Positions 49,072-57,976 of a DNA stretch of 64,000 bases are shown here, in pieces. Position numbers and translations under genes: made by a program. Source of the DNA: an uncultured Acidobacteriota bacterium (GTDB lineage Bacteria > Acidobacteriota > UBA6911 > RPQK01 > JAPXNP01); contig CAVRSV010000016.1 of the NCBI GenBank assembly GCA_963723965.1, positions 36,923 to 100,922 on the forward strand. Direction: 5' to 3'. Positions within the stretch are counted from its first letter, which is position 1, and every line of letters starts with the position of its first letter. Under the pieces are notes generated by a model. It made no database searches. It saw nothing but the letters and a program-made list of their open reading frames with translations, and was not told where the DNA came from.

Positions 49072-49260
49072 ATGGCAAAGTTCCGTCGAGTCGCGGGCAC
49101 CTGTCCTCACTGCCGGCAGAAAACCCTCCGTCTCCAGTCCAGAGACGGGTGGGATTTCGAGTATACCGTTGTCTCCTCCGTCACCTTGTTCCTGCTCTAT
49201 CTGGTTAATTGGTTTCCGCCGATTGGCTGGGCTCCCTTGTACCGGAAGGAGTTCCGGTAG
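49072..49260 (+). CDS. Hypothetical small protein with N-terminal CxxC...CxxC-like zinc ribbon and one TM helix
   Basis: 62 aa, MAKFRRVAGTCPHCRQKTLRLQSRDGWDFEYTVVSSVTLFLLYLVNWFPPIGWAPLYRKEFR. GC3-biased codons. No clear RBS. Lies between repeat copies. Confidence 0.3.
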   Translation: MAKFRRVAGTCPHCRQKTLRLQSRDGWDFEYTVVSSVTLFLLYLVNWFPPIGWAPLYRKEFR

Positions 49261-49289
49261 CTCTGTGGCAACTGCGGGCGCGTTTATCC

Positions 49290-49450
49290 CTGCGACGGGA
49301 CCCCTGGAAGGAATGCAAAGCCGCCGCCCACATAGAATCCCTTTGCGGCGTTGCGTACTTTGCGACTTGGCGTGAGATCAAGCTACCGAAACCACTCTCC
49401 AGTGGGAGCGGACGCACCAGACCAACGCCACGGCCATTTGGGCAACACGC
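49290..49450 (+). repeat. Family-B repeat copy 5 (right TIR catttgggcaacacgcccccg present)
   Basis: ...catagaatccctttgcggcgttgcgtactttgcgacttggcgtgagatcaagctaccgaaaccactctccagtgggagcggacgcacc...atttgggcaacacgccccc. Confidence 0.7.
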
Positions 49451-49590
49451 CCCCGCATTTCGAGTTCCCGAGAACCGTCACGCGCGAATCGTTATAATTC
49501 CGTGCAGAGCGCCCACGCAGGGCAAAATCGTCAATCTCAAAAGGCAAGTCTCAAATCCTGTACCGTCTTGCGCCGGATGGAGGAGGCCAG

Positions 49591-50394
49591 ATGACCACCC
49601 CGGTTCTTCGGGAGCAGATCGCTGCCGCAGAGGCCTACGAGGCGTTGCACGTTCCGAGCCTCTTCCGGCAATGGCCTCCTCGGGTCCTCGCCGCCGTCAC
49701 CGTCGGACCGGGAGATCGGGTGCTCGATGTGGCCTGTGGCACGGGCGTCCTGGCGCGTGAAGCGCGCCGACGGCTGGGCCCGTCGGGCCTTGTTGCGGCG
49801 ATCGATCCGGACCCGGGTATGCTGACGGTGGCGCGCCGGCTAGATCCTTCGGTCGCGTGGCGGCAGGGGAAGGCCGAGTCGTTGCCCTTTCGGGACCAGG
49901 AGTTCCATGCGGTGGTCAGCCAGTTCGGCCTGATGTACTTCTCCGACGGGCGCCGTTCCCTTCGAGAAATGCTCCGGGTGTTGGCTCCCGGAGGTCGCCT
50001 CGCCGTGGCGGTCTGGGACAGTCTCGAGAATTCCGGCGCCTATCCGATCGAGGTCGATCTGCTCGATCGCCTCGCCGGCTCGCAAGCAGCCGACGCTCTG
50101 CGCGCCCCGTTCGTGCTGGGGGTGCGGGAGGAACTGGCCGATCTGTTCGAAGGTGCGGGTGTGGGGCAGGTGAACATCGAGACCCACCCGGGCCTGGCGC
50201 GATTCCCGAGCATCCGGTCCCTGGTGGAGGCCGATCTCCGCGGTTGGCTCCCGGTCATGGGGGTAGCGCTGGAAGAATCTCAAATCCGCCGGATCCTGGC
50301 CGAGGCCGAGAGCGCACTGGAACAATACGTGACCAGCGAGGGAGAAGTTGTCTTCGATGCCCCCGCCCACATCGTCACGGGCCGCCGACTTTGA
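49591..50394 (+). CDS. Class I SAM-dependent methyltransferase (UbiE/COQ5-like)
   Basis: VLDVACGTGVLA (motif I), ...FHAVVSQFGLMYF, LAPGGRLAV. Confidence 0.8.
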   Translation: MTTPVLREQIAAAEAYEALHVPSLFRQWPPRVLAAVTVGPGDRVLDVACGTGVLAREARRRLGPSGLVAAIDPDPGMLTVARRLDPSVAWRQGKAESLPFRDQEFHAVVSQFGLMYFSDGRRSLREMLRVLAPGGRLAVAVWDSLENSGAYPIEVDLLDRLAGSQAADALRAPFVLGVREELADLFEGAGVGQVNIETHPGLARFPSIRSLVEADLRGWLPVMGVALEESQIRRILAEAESALEQYVTSEGEVVFDAPAHIVTGRRL

Positions 50395-50581
50395 GGCCGC
50401 GTACCGCAGCCAGGAGAGCCTCCCCCGACGTTCCATTCTTGCGGAGTGGCGAGACCGACTGAGCGTGGTGCCGCTTCACCTCCTCGCTGAGTTGAATGAG
50501 CACGTCGGTGACGACGGAGATGGAATAGGGGGCGTTGAGGTCCGAAACCTCCACGTGCGAGATCACCGATCGACGTTTCAT
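50375..50581 (-). CDS. Hypothetical small protein (68 aa)
   Basis: ORF with ATG at 50581, downstream of the minus-strand methyltransferase. No recognisable domain. Confidence 0.2.
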   Translation of the reverse strand: MKRRSVISHVEVSDLNAPYSISVVTDVLIQLSEEVKRHHAQSVSPLRKNGTSGEALLAAVRGLKVGGP

Positions 50582-50715
50582 GGCGGGACGCCTCCTAGTA
50601 CGCACGAGCACCCAGGGGTGGATGCTTCGATGTTTTCGCGTTGCCGCGATTGGATTGTCCCGACTCTATCTGGGGCGGCAATTGAAGAGAACCGGCAGGA
50701 TGCTGAGCAATGCCA

Positions 50716-50750
50716 AGGGGAATCCCTGAGTTTCGAAAAGGGGATTCCCG
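50716..50750 (-). terminator. Stem-loop immediately after the methyltransferase stop (possible terminator or attenuator)
   Basis: GGGAATCCC-tgagtttcgaaaag-GGGATTCCC inverted repeat starting 2 nt after the stop. No T-run, so intrinsic termination is uncertain. Confidence 0.35.
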
Positions 50751-50751
50751 C

Positions 50752-51633
50752 TCAGGCGGACGGAGAACTGCCGAGCTCCGCCTGCTTCCTGGCCACGACT
50801 GCGAATTCGCCCGATCCCGGGCCGTACGGGGCTCCCGCGACGTCCAGGTAGAGCTCCTCCACCGGCAGACCGGCCTCCAGGAGCTCCCGCTTCAGCTCTT
50901 CGGGCGTAAAGTACTGGAACCAGTTGTAGACGGTTCGGATGCGGTCCGCTTCCACGATGGTGTACTTCTCCAGCACGACCCTGTCCGCGGGGTACTTGAA
51001 GGTGTTCTGGAAGCAGAAGTAGGGGCGTGGCGACCAGAACCCTTCGAAGGTGTTGACGCCGTATTTTCGGGTCTCAAGAACCCGGTCGAATTCCTCCATC
51101 GAGTAGACATCGAGCAGGACCGATCCGCCCGGCCTCAGAATCGTGTGAAACGTGGTCAGGAGCCGGCTTCGCTGGTCCGGGCTCAGGGCGCAGAAGTCGC
51201 ACATGATCATCAGGACGAGATCGAAGCGTGTCTCCGTGACGAAGTCGAGGTAGTTCTGCTGGACGTACTGGATCTCCAGTTTCTCCCGGCCCGCGGCCTG
51301 TCGCGCAAAATCGATCGATCGGGCCGAGAAATCGATGCCCGTAACCTCGGCGCCGCGCCGCGCCAGGCGGGTGGTGTAGAGGCCGGGACCGCAGCCGAAA
51401 TCAGCGACCTTCGTCCCCTTGGCGATGTCGAACCGGGACACGATCCAGTCGACGGAGCGATCGATGAATCGGGCATTCCGCGAAGAGACATCGCCCGTCT
51501 GGTCGAGGTGAAACTCCAGCATGCGGGCGGAAGTATGCTCATCCGTCCACAGGTCGTCGGCAGTGTAGAGCTCGAACGGCCGGGGCTGCTCGTTGATCTT
51601 CTGCAGATCCTGAAACAATCGGTTGTTTTTCAT
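50752..51633 (-). CDS. Class I SAM-dependent methyltransferase
   Basis: VADFGCGPGLYTTRLARRGAEVTGIDFS (motif I), LRPGGSVLLD. Confidence 0.8.
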   Translation of the reverse strand: MKNNRLFQDLQKINEQPRPFELYTADDLWTDEHTSARMLEFHLDQTGDVSSRNARFIDRSVDWIVSRFDIAKGTKVADFGCGPGLYTTRLARRGAEVTGIDFSARSIDFARQAAGREKLEIQYVQQNYLDFVTETRFDLVLMIMCDFCALSPDQRSRLLTTFHTILRPGGSVLLDVYSMEEFDRVLETRKYGVNTFEGFWSPRPYFCFQNTFKYPADRVVLEKYTIVEADRIRTVYNWFQYFTPEELKRELLEAGLPVEELYLDVAGAPYGPGSGEFAVVARKQAELGSSPSA

Positions 51634-51711
51634 CCTGAAGGGGCACGGGCACGGGCACGGGAAGCGGCAGGCTTGTCCCCGGGGGGAGGGAGAACCCGAA
51701 CGGGTTCCGGC

Positions 51712-51993
51712 TCAGACCCGGGAGCCCGTCTCGCGCCCCGCGGCCGCGAACACATTGTAGAGCCAGGCGAAGACCAGTCCGCCGATGGTTGCGTCGACGA
51801 ACGCATACATCGTGCCGACGATGACCTGCCCGAATGACGCAGTCCCATGATAGCCGGGGTAAATCGAGGCGACCACCGCCAGGAAGGCCCCGCCATACGA
51901 GGGCCAGAGGAGATTCCCGATCCCGACCAAGAAAACCGCGCAACACCAGATAATCCCCATCGAAAATGCCAACGCCCACACGTTGAGTTTCAT
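51712..51993 (-). CDS. Small integral membrane protein (about 93 aa, 3 TM), unknown function
   Basis: Internal ATG with AAAGGGGAG RBS. MKLNVWALAFSMGIIWCCAVFLVGIGNLLW... Confidence 0.4.
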   Translation of the reverse strand: MKLNVWALAFSMGIIWCCAVFLVGIGNLLWPSYGGAFLAVVASIYPGYHGTASFGQVIVGTMYAFVDATIGGLVFAWLYNVFAAAGRETGSRV

Positions 51994-52141
51994 GACTCCC
52001 CTTTCGAATGTAATCGGTGCCTCCATTAGACCCCAAAATAGGTGACACGCACGCATTAGCTCCGTAAGTGCCTATGAATAAAGACTTCCATCCCAGGCCT
52101 GGTACCTATTTCCGTGGGGCCAACCTGTCCTCCCATCCCAC

Positions 52142-52591
52142 CTACCTTTCGAGGAGGGCCTGAACGGTTCGGTCGATACGCCGCCGCCGCGTCTCCTCGC
52201 GCCTGGCTTCGGTGATCCACCGGACGTACTCCCTTTGGTGGGTGTAAGAGAGGGCCTGGAAGGCGGACGCAGCTTTCGGATTCTGCTCGAGCGTCCTGGC
52301 AAGGTCGAAGGGAACCTCCACGACCCGGGGCTCCTTGTCTTCCGCGAGCGTCACCTTGACGGTATCGCCGGGCCCCTTGCCGATGCACTTGCGGATCTCC
52401 CTGAGCACCAACAGCATGTGGTACGGTGAGCCCATCCGCACCAGGGTCCCCCGATACGGCTCTCCGTCGATGGTCGCCCGAATCGGGACACGCTTCTTGC
52501 CGAACGCCTCCTCGACATCGAAGGGGACGATGACGTAGGCGCCGCCACCACCAGCCGACTGGATGACGGCCTCGAATTCATGCATTGGCAT
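52142..52591 (-). CDS. DUF1905 plus YdeI/OmpD-associated-family protein
   Basis: 149 aa. N-terminal FEAVIQSAGGGGAYVIVPFDVEEAFGKKRVPIRATIDGEPYRG (DUF1905-like). C-terminal FQALSYTHQREYVRWITEA (YdeI-like). Confidence 0.5.
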   Translation of the reverse strand: MPMHEFEAVIQSAGGGGAYVIVPFDVEEAFGKKRVPIRATIDGEPYRGTLVRMGSPYHMLLVLREIRKCIGKGPGDTVKVTLAEDKEPRVVEVPFDLARTLEQNPKAASAFQALSYTHQREYVRWITEARREETRRRRIDRTVQALLER

Positions 52592-52763
52592 TGCCTTCCC
52601 TCGTGGTGAGAGTTTCCGCGGCTCTGGGAGGGAGTCTATGCCCGAAAGGGGGCCGGTGCAAGGCCAGTAAATGTCTTCAAACTACCCAACAGTTTTGCAG
52701 TTCGTCGGGTCCTGCTACGATGGCGGCATTCGCCGGATCGGTGTACGGAGAGGAGGAAGGGAG

Positions 52764-53633
52764 ATGAAATGTCGTGTTTTGCTGACTTCAGTCGGTGTCT
52801 CCTTGTTGCTCGCCCTTGTCGCCTGCAGCTCCCCCCAAAGGCGTTTTTCAGAGACGCGGGAGACAGCTCCAGGTGTATCGCAGACCGCGTCGGTGACTCC
52901 GCCCAGCCCCGCCCTCCCGGTTCGGCAGCTGAGCAAGTTGGTCAGTCTCGATCTGGCGGTGGCCGACACGCAGGCGTCGGCGGCCAGGATTGAGTCGGAA
53001 GCCCGGACCCTCGGTGGCTATGTCTCCTCTTCGAACGAAATGCGCGTCGGCGGACAGGTGCTCTACCAATTGACGATCCGGGTGCCGAGCGAACGCCTGA
53101 CGGAGGCCGTCAAGACGATTCGGGACCTGGCCGTCGAGGTCTTTCACGAGAGTCAGCAAACCCAGGATGTTACGGATCAGCTCGTCGATCTGGATGCGCG
53201 CTTGAAGACCCTGCGGGCAACGGAAACCGAGCTGCAGGCACTCCTGTCGGAGTCGCGCTCCCGGAATCAGGACGTCGAGGGGATCATGGCCATCTATCGG
53301 GAGCTGACTCAGATTCGCACCGAGATCGAGCGACTGGAGGCTCAACGCCAGAGCCTCTCCAATCGTGTCGAATTTTCAGAAATCAGCGTCAGCCTCAGGC
53401 CCTCCGCGGCGACGCGGTCCCTGGCGGTGGAGGGCTGGAATCCCCTGCAGACGCTGAGGAACAGCATCCGCGCGCTACTGGGTGCTCTCCGGTTCTTCGG
53501 CGATGCCGTCATCGTCGTCATCGTCGTCATCCTGCCGATCGGGGCGATGCTGGTTCTGCCGATCGTATGGCTGAGAAGAGTGCTGAGGGGCAGCCGTCTC
53601 AGACGAGGCGGGACCAATCCACCACGTCCGTGA
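52764..53633 (+). CDS. DUF4349-like lipoprotein with coiled-coil region and C-terminal TM anchor
   Basis: RBS GGAGAGGAGGAAGGGAG. Lipobox LLLALVACSS. C-terminal hydrophobic VIVVIVVILPIGAMLVLPIVWL. Confidence 0.55.
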   Translation: MKCRVLLTSVGVSLLLALVACSSPQRRFSETRETAPGVSQTASVTPPSPALPVRQLSKLVSLDLAVADTQASAARIESEARTLGGYVSSSNEMRVGGQVLYQLTIRVPSERLTEAVKTIRDLAVEVFHESQQTQDVTDQLVDLDARLKTLRATETELQALLSESRSRNQDVEGIMAIYRELTQIRTEIERLEAQRQSLSNRVEFSEISVSLRPSAATRSLAVEGWNPLQTLRNSIRALLGALRFFGDAVIVVIVVILPIGAMLVLPIVWLRRVLRGSRLRRGGTNPPRP

Positions 53634-53737
53634 ATGCGGATCGAACGGTGGCCATGTGGTATGAGCGACAATTGGCAAAGGCCAAGCCCAGTCGCGAGGG
53701 ATTCGGACTCGATCGCGTGCCAAGGCGGATCGGCGCC

Positions 53738-55102
53738 TCACTGCGCCCTTTTCGCCACCGGGAGCGCCGTCACCGGGAGACTCGCGAGGGGGAGGCCCTC
53801 TTGAGTCTCCAGGAGCGTCACGGCAAGGGGAGCGTCACCTGAGACGCTGAACCGGCCTTCGAATCCCTCCGGGTGGAACCCTGGGAAGAGTTCGGTGATG
53901 AACCTGGAGACCCGACCCCGCGCAGGTATCGTTTCTTCGCCGTATGTCGCCCATCCGGCGAAGATGCTGAGGGAGAATCGGACGTCGGCCTCGCTGTCGC
54001 CCGTATTGACAATGGAAATGGCCGTGTTGATCTCAGGCTCATAGACAGCGGGTTGGGTGGTCGAGTCAGTTGTGGCCGGCCGGTAGCGGACGAAGCCGGA
54101 AGATCGCCACGCCGCCGGGACGGCCGCGAGTCCCAGCTGCGAAACTGTCTGACCCTGATCGACCAAGCTGACCATGGCCGAGGCCGAGACGGGCCCGCCT
54201 CGGCTCCTGATCCGGACCGATCCCATGATCAGTTCATTCGCCGGCGGTCGGAGCACCAGCCGAAGTGGGCGTTCCGCGTCGAAGGGAAGGACGGACCACC
54301 GTCCCATTGCAGGAACCTCGAACTGGACGGGCAGGGGCACGCCGTCGGGGTCGAAGAACGCCATCGATCCCGTCGCGGTCCCGCCCGCCCTGACGATCGT
54401 CAGCGCCGTCGAAAACGCTTTCCCGATTCCAAGTTGTCCGGCGGCAATCACAGGGAGGTACGTCTCGAAGACCGGGGCTTCCAGAAAGGCCACGCGCAGT
54501 CTCCCCAGCTGCTCGGCGAGGTCGGAGTCCCCATAGTCGACGACCAGAGTCGAGATTCCGTCGGGCGAAGAGGTGCCCATCAGGAGCGGGCTCGTGAACC
54601 CGGAGTCCCACGCGTTCGAGTAGGAATAGTCGAGCTCGCCGAGTTCCCGCCCCGTCAGATCATAGGCTCGAAAGACGACAGGGAGACCCTCGGAGCCGTT
54701 GGCCAGGACAAACTGGATCCGGACAGCCGGATTGCCGAAGTGGAGCACGAGAGGCCGATTCCGGTGGGCCGGATCGTCAGGTTTTCCAACATCGTTGGAA
54801 AAGACTTCCTGAACCGCCACGAAGGCCCCGAGGGCGGGATAGTCCGGCGGCCTCACCTGTGCGTAAACAACGTAATAGGCTGATCGATGGACCACGGACG
54901 TCCCCGGGGAACGAACCGTTATTCCCCACCTCTCATAGATATCCCCGACAAGGCCTCCATCCGGGATCGAGCTCATCGAAACGAAGTCACTCGTCTCAAG
55001 GCCGTCGGTGCTATTCGTGAACTCCAGTTGGGCCAGAAGGTAGGGACCGGCTGCAAAGGTCAGGAGCGGAAAGAGCAGCAGATAGACTCGCGACGTACGC
55101 AT
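53738..55102 (-). CDS. Secreted hypothetical protein, paralog family member A (tandem C-terminal beta-sandwich-like domains)
   Basis: Signal MRTSRVYLLLFPLLTFAAGPYLLAQ. Shares WGITV, PVFETYLPVIAAGQLGIG, IVNTGDSEADVRFSL, RFITELFPG and LAVTLLETQEG blocks with the genes at 56460, 59530 and 60866. Confidence 0.6.
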   Translation of the reverse strand: MRTSRVYLLLFPLLTFAAGPYLLAQLEFTNSTDGLETSDFVSMSSIPDGGLVGDIYERWGITVRSPGTSVVHRSAYYVVYAQVRPPDYPALGAFVAVQEVFSNDVGKPDDPAHRNRPLVLHFGNPAVRIQFVLANGSEGLPVVFRAYDLTGRELGELDYSYSNAWDSGFTSPLLMGTSSPDGISTLVVDYGDSDLAEQLGRLRVAFLEAPVFETYLPVIAAGQLGIGKAFSTALTIVRAGGTATGSMAFFDPDGVPLPVQFEVPAMGRWSVLPFDAERPLRLVLRPPANELIMGSVRIRSRGGPVSASAMVSLVDQGQTVSQLGLAAVPAAWRSSGFVRYRPATTDSTTQPAVYEPEINTAISIVNTGDSEADVRFSLSIFAGWATYGEETIPARGRVSRFITELFPGFHPEGFEGRFSVSGDAPLAVTLLETQEGLPLASLPVTALPVAKRAQ

Positions 55103-55298
55103 GGCAGAAGACCTCCTCCCGAGACGGTCTCCCCCGTTCCGTCACCGAAGGCAACTATACCAACCCATCTCCCAAGGGTCCAGACAGAAATCAGTCCTCA
55201 GCCTATCGGCTGTCGATTTTCACTGAAAGCCAGCCTATCGAAGTGAGGACGACGTCCCGAATAGCGGTGAGTATAGGAGCCGGAAGTCTACTTCTTCA

Positions 55299-56171
55299 TC
55301 ATGGGAGGCCGATGAGCTTCCTCACCATCTCCAGCGGGCTCTGCGGATTCTCCATCCGGAGCAGTGGGTCCGTTCGAAGTTGCACGACCTCCGTCCATTC
55401 CGGGTGCGAGAGGATATAGAACTGCTCCTTCTGAATGGCCTCGAAAACCGCCTCCGCGACCTGGCGAGGAGACATGCTCATCTCGATAGCGGCCTTGAAG
55501 GCGGCCAGTCCGGCCTGCATTTCCGGAGTCAACCGGATCGGCTCGTCGTTCTGCAGCTCCGCGGGCCGGTGACGTTCGGCGTTGGCGATATCGGTCCGCA
55601 CGAGTCCGGGGCAGAGCACCGATACCTTGACGAGCGACTTTCGCTGCTGCAGCGTGAGGTAGAGGTTTTCGGAGAGAGCGACCACGGCGTGCTTCGTCGT
55701 TGCATACGGTGCGGAGCCGGTTCCGACCATGAGTCCGGCGGTCGAGGAGGTATTGACGATGTGGCACTCAGTGTTCTGGGCCTGCATGATCGGCGTGAAC
55801 ACCTTGACTCCGTGGATGACGCCCCAGAGGTTGACGCCGATGACCCACTCCCAGTCGTTCCAGGTCGCCTCCCAGGGTGCGCCGCCGGCGGCGACACCGG
55901 CATTGTTGAACAGCAGGTGCACCTGTCCAAACGCATCGAGCGCCCGGCGAGCCAGCCCTTCGACCTCGCTTCGCTTCGAGACATCGGTCCTCACCGAAAG
56001 CACCGTTCCGCCCGCGGTCTTCAGCGCGGTTTCCGTCTGGGCGAGATTCGCTTCGTCGACGTCGGCGAGGACGACTTTCATGCCCTCGCTGACACATCGT
56101 TCGGCGATCCCTCGTCCGATGCCGCTGGCCGCGCCGGTAATGACTGCCACTTTGTCTTTGAACTCTTTCAC
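55299..56171 (-). CDS. SDR-family oxidoreductase (short-chain dehydrogenase)
   Basis: GTG start with AAAGGAGGG RBS. TGAASGIGRG (cofactor motif), NNAG, catalytic S...YxxxK (YATTKHAV). Confidence 0.85.
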   Translation of the reverse strand: MKEFKDKVAVITGAASGIGRGIAERCVSEGMKVVLADVDEANLAQTETALKTAGGTVLSVRTDVSKRSEVEGLARRALDAFGQVHLLFNNAGVAAGGAPWEATWNDWEWVIGVNLWGVIHGVKVFTPIMQAQNTECHIVNTSSTAGLMVGTGSAPYATTKHAVVALSENLYLTLQQRKSLVKVSVLCPGLVRTDIANAERHRPAELQNDEPIRLTPEMQAGLAAFKAAIEMSMSPRQVAEAVFEAIQKEQFYILSHPEWTEVVQLRTDPLLRMENPQSPLEMVRKLIGLP

Positions 56172-56459
56172 GGCTGCCCTCCTTTCGAAGTTGCAGTCTA
56201 CTCCAGTTCCGGCTCTTCCTTGCTTGCTGTTTCGCACCTCGGACCTTGCCCTCCGGACCCCGCCCTTCTCATTCCCGCCTCCTCTCGAGCCCGACAGGTC
56301 TTGTCTCCGTCCGAAAGACCGAACCGGCCTCCAACGAAACATCCTGCGTGCGTCTATGAAATGCCTCGTCCGTGCAGATGAAGTAGGCCTAGAGTCTGAG
56401 GCTGGATCAGGGTATGATCCTGTGATGTAGGAGCTAGTCGACACAGGGAGGTCAAAGGC

Positions 56460-57788
56460 ATGTCACGAATCGCCGAGCGGACGCGGACTCTTATGCTTGG
56501 GATTCTCCTCCTTGGGTTGTCTGCATTCCCCGTGGTCGCCCAATCGGTCCCCTGGGACGGCTTCGACTTCAGCCCGAACTGGGTCGCTCTCATCCCGCCC
56601 AAGCTGCCGCCAGGTACCCACGCCGCTCACGTTTTTGCCGCCTGGGGTGTCACGTTCTCGAGTGGTTCGGAACCGGGGCCCGTTGGCGGGATCGTCCCCG
56701 TCTATTTCTTTCCTGCCGATCCCATAATCTTCCTAGACGTCCCCGTTGTCCGAAATGAAGGCATGGAATCCGAGAACTCAAAGGGGCTGATTATCTCCTT
56801 CGACAGGCCTCTGACTCGAGTCTCCCTCGCAATGGTCGCTGAGACCGACGCCACTGCCGTTGCCGGATTCTTCGATGCGGGCGACAACATTCTCGGGGAG
56901 GTTGTCGAAGAGTTGTGGTACGGGAGAGCGGAACTCGCCTTCGAGGCGGCGGAAGGCTCCGGGATCGTTCGAGCGGAAGTGAAGTATCTCGACCCGACCG
57001 TCCCGGAAGCACTTGCCCGGATCGTGGCTGATTTCAGCGAGCCACCCACCTTTCAGAGGTGTATTCCGCAAGTGGCGCATGGCGCCGTTCCCGGCGGTGA
57101 CCGGACTCTCCAGACGATGCTGACGCTGACCCGGACGACGCCGGACACCTATGTCCGACTTCCCGACATGCAGGGGCCGACCATCTCGCTCGAGTTCCGC
57201 GACACCGATGGGGCGCCACTGACGGTCAACCTCGACGGGGAGGTCAATCACGAATTCGAATATGGTCTCGGAGCCCATTTCGACGGCTTCCTGGCAACAC
57301 GAGTTCTGCGGACTTCCCGCTCCTTCTCGGAACTGGACCAGGGCTATGCCTGCGCCTCGTCCCGGTACCCCTTCCAATTGGCGGCGGTCTACCGGATCGT
57401 CGACCCAGTTGGAGAGCCCCTCGCGGAAGCCGGCATCGACTCCTCCGTGCCCGGTCGCCTGTTCGTCGGCGTCTTCGAAAAGGAGCCCGCCGAAGCGACC
57501 GATACCGCTTTGGCCCTGGCGAATGTCTCGGAGCATGAGGCGACGGCAACCATCACCTTCTTTATGTCGCCTCAAACGACGCTGGAGAAGGAGGTGATGC
57601 TGGCCCCGGGTGAACAAGGCGCCTGGTTTGTCGACGAGCTATCGGAAGAGCTGGTCGGCCGCGCGGCCGAAGGCACCATTGAAATCACCAGTGACGAATC
57701 GGTGGTCGCGACGATCCTGAGAACCATCCGGGGAGTGGTCTCGGCCAGCCTCCCGTTGCGACGACAGCCGGAAGGCCCGCCGGAATGA
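56460..57788 (+). CDS. Secreted hypothetical protein, paralog family member B
   Basis: Signal MLGILLLGLSAFPVVAQS. WGVTF, PTFQRCIPQVAHGAVPGG, LANVSEHEATATITFF, WFVDELSEE and VVATILRTIRG blocks match members A, C and D. Confidence 0.6.
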   Translation: MSRIAERTRTLMLGILLLGLSAFPVVAQSVPWDGFDFSPNWVALIPPKLPPGTHAAHVFAAWGVTFSSGSEPGPVGGIVPVYFFPADPIIFLDVPVVRNEGMESENSKGLIISFDRPLTRVSLAMVAETDATAVAGFFDAGDNILGEVVEELWYGRAELAFEAAEGSGIVRAEVKYLDPTVPEALARIVADFSEPPTFQRCIPQVAHGAVPGGDRTLQTMLTLTRTTPDTYVRLPDMQGPTISLEFRDTDGAPLTVNLDGEVNHEFEYGLGAHFDGFLATRVLRTSRSFSELDQGYACASSRYPFQLAAVYRIVDPVGEPLAEAGIDSSVPGRLFVGVFEKEPAEATDTALALANVSEHEATATITFFMSPQTTLEKEVMLAPGEQGAWFVDELSEELVGRAAEGTIEITSDESVVATILRTIRGVVSASLPLRRQPEGPPE

Positions 57789-57976
57789 TTCGGCGGAGGC
57801 GTTCGTCAGGCAAGTCAGGCCCCGGGACCTGCGAAGGGTCCTTTAGAGATCGCCCCTTCCGGTTCCCATTTCGGACTTCGGACCTCGGACTTAGAACCGG
57901 AGACGGCGGCTGATGCTCGGAGCGGGAGCGGTTGCCGCGGTGAACCTCCTCCTGATGATGATCACCTCCTTTTGAA

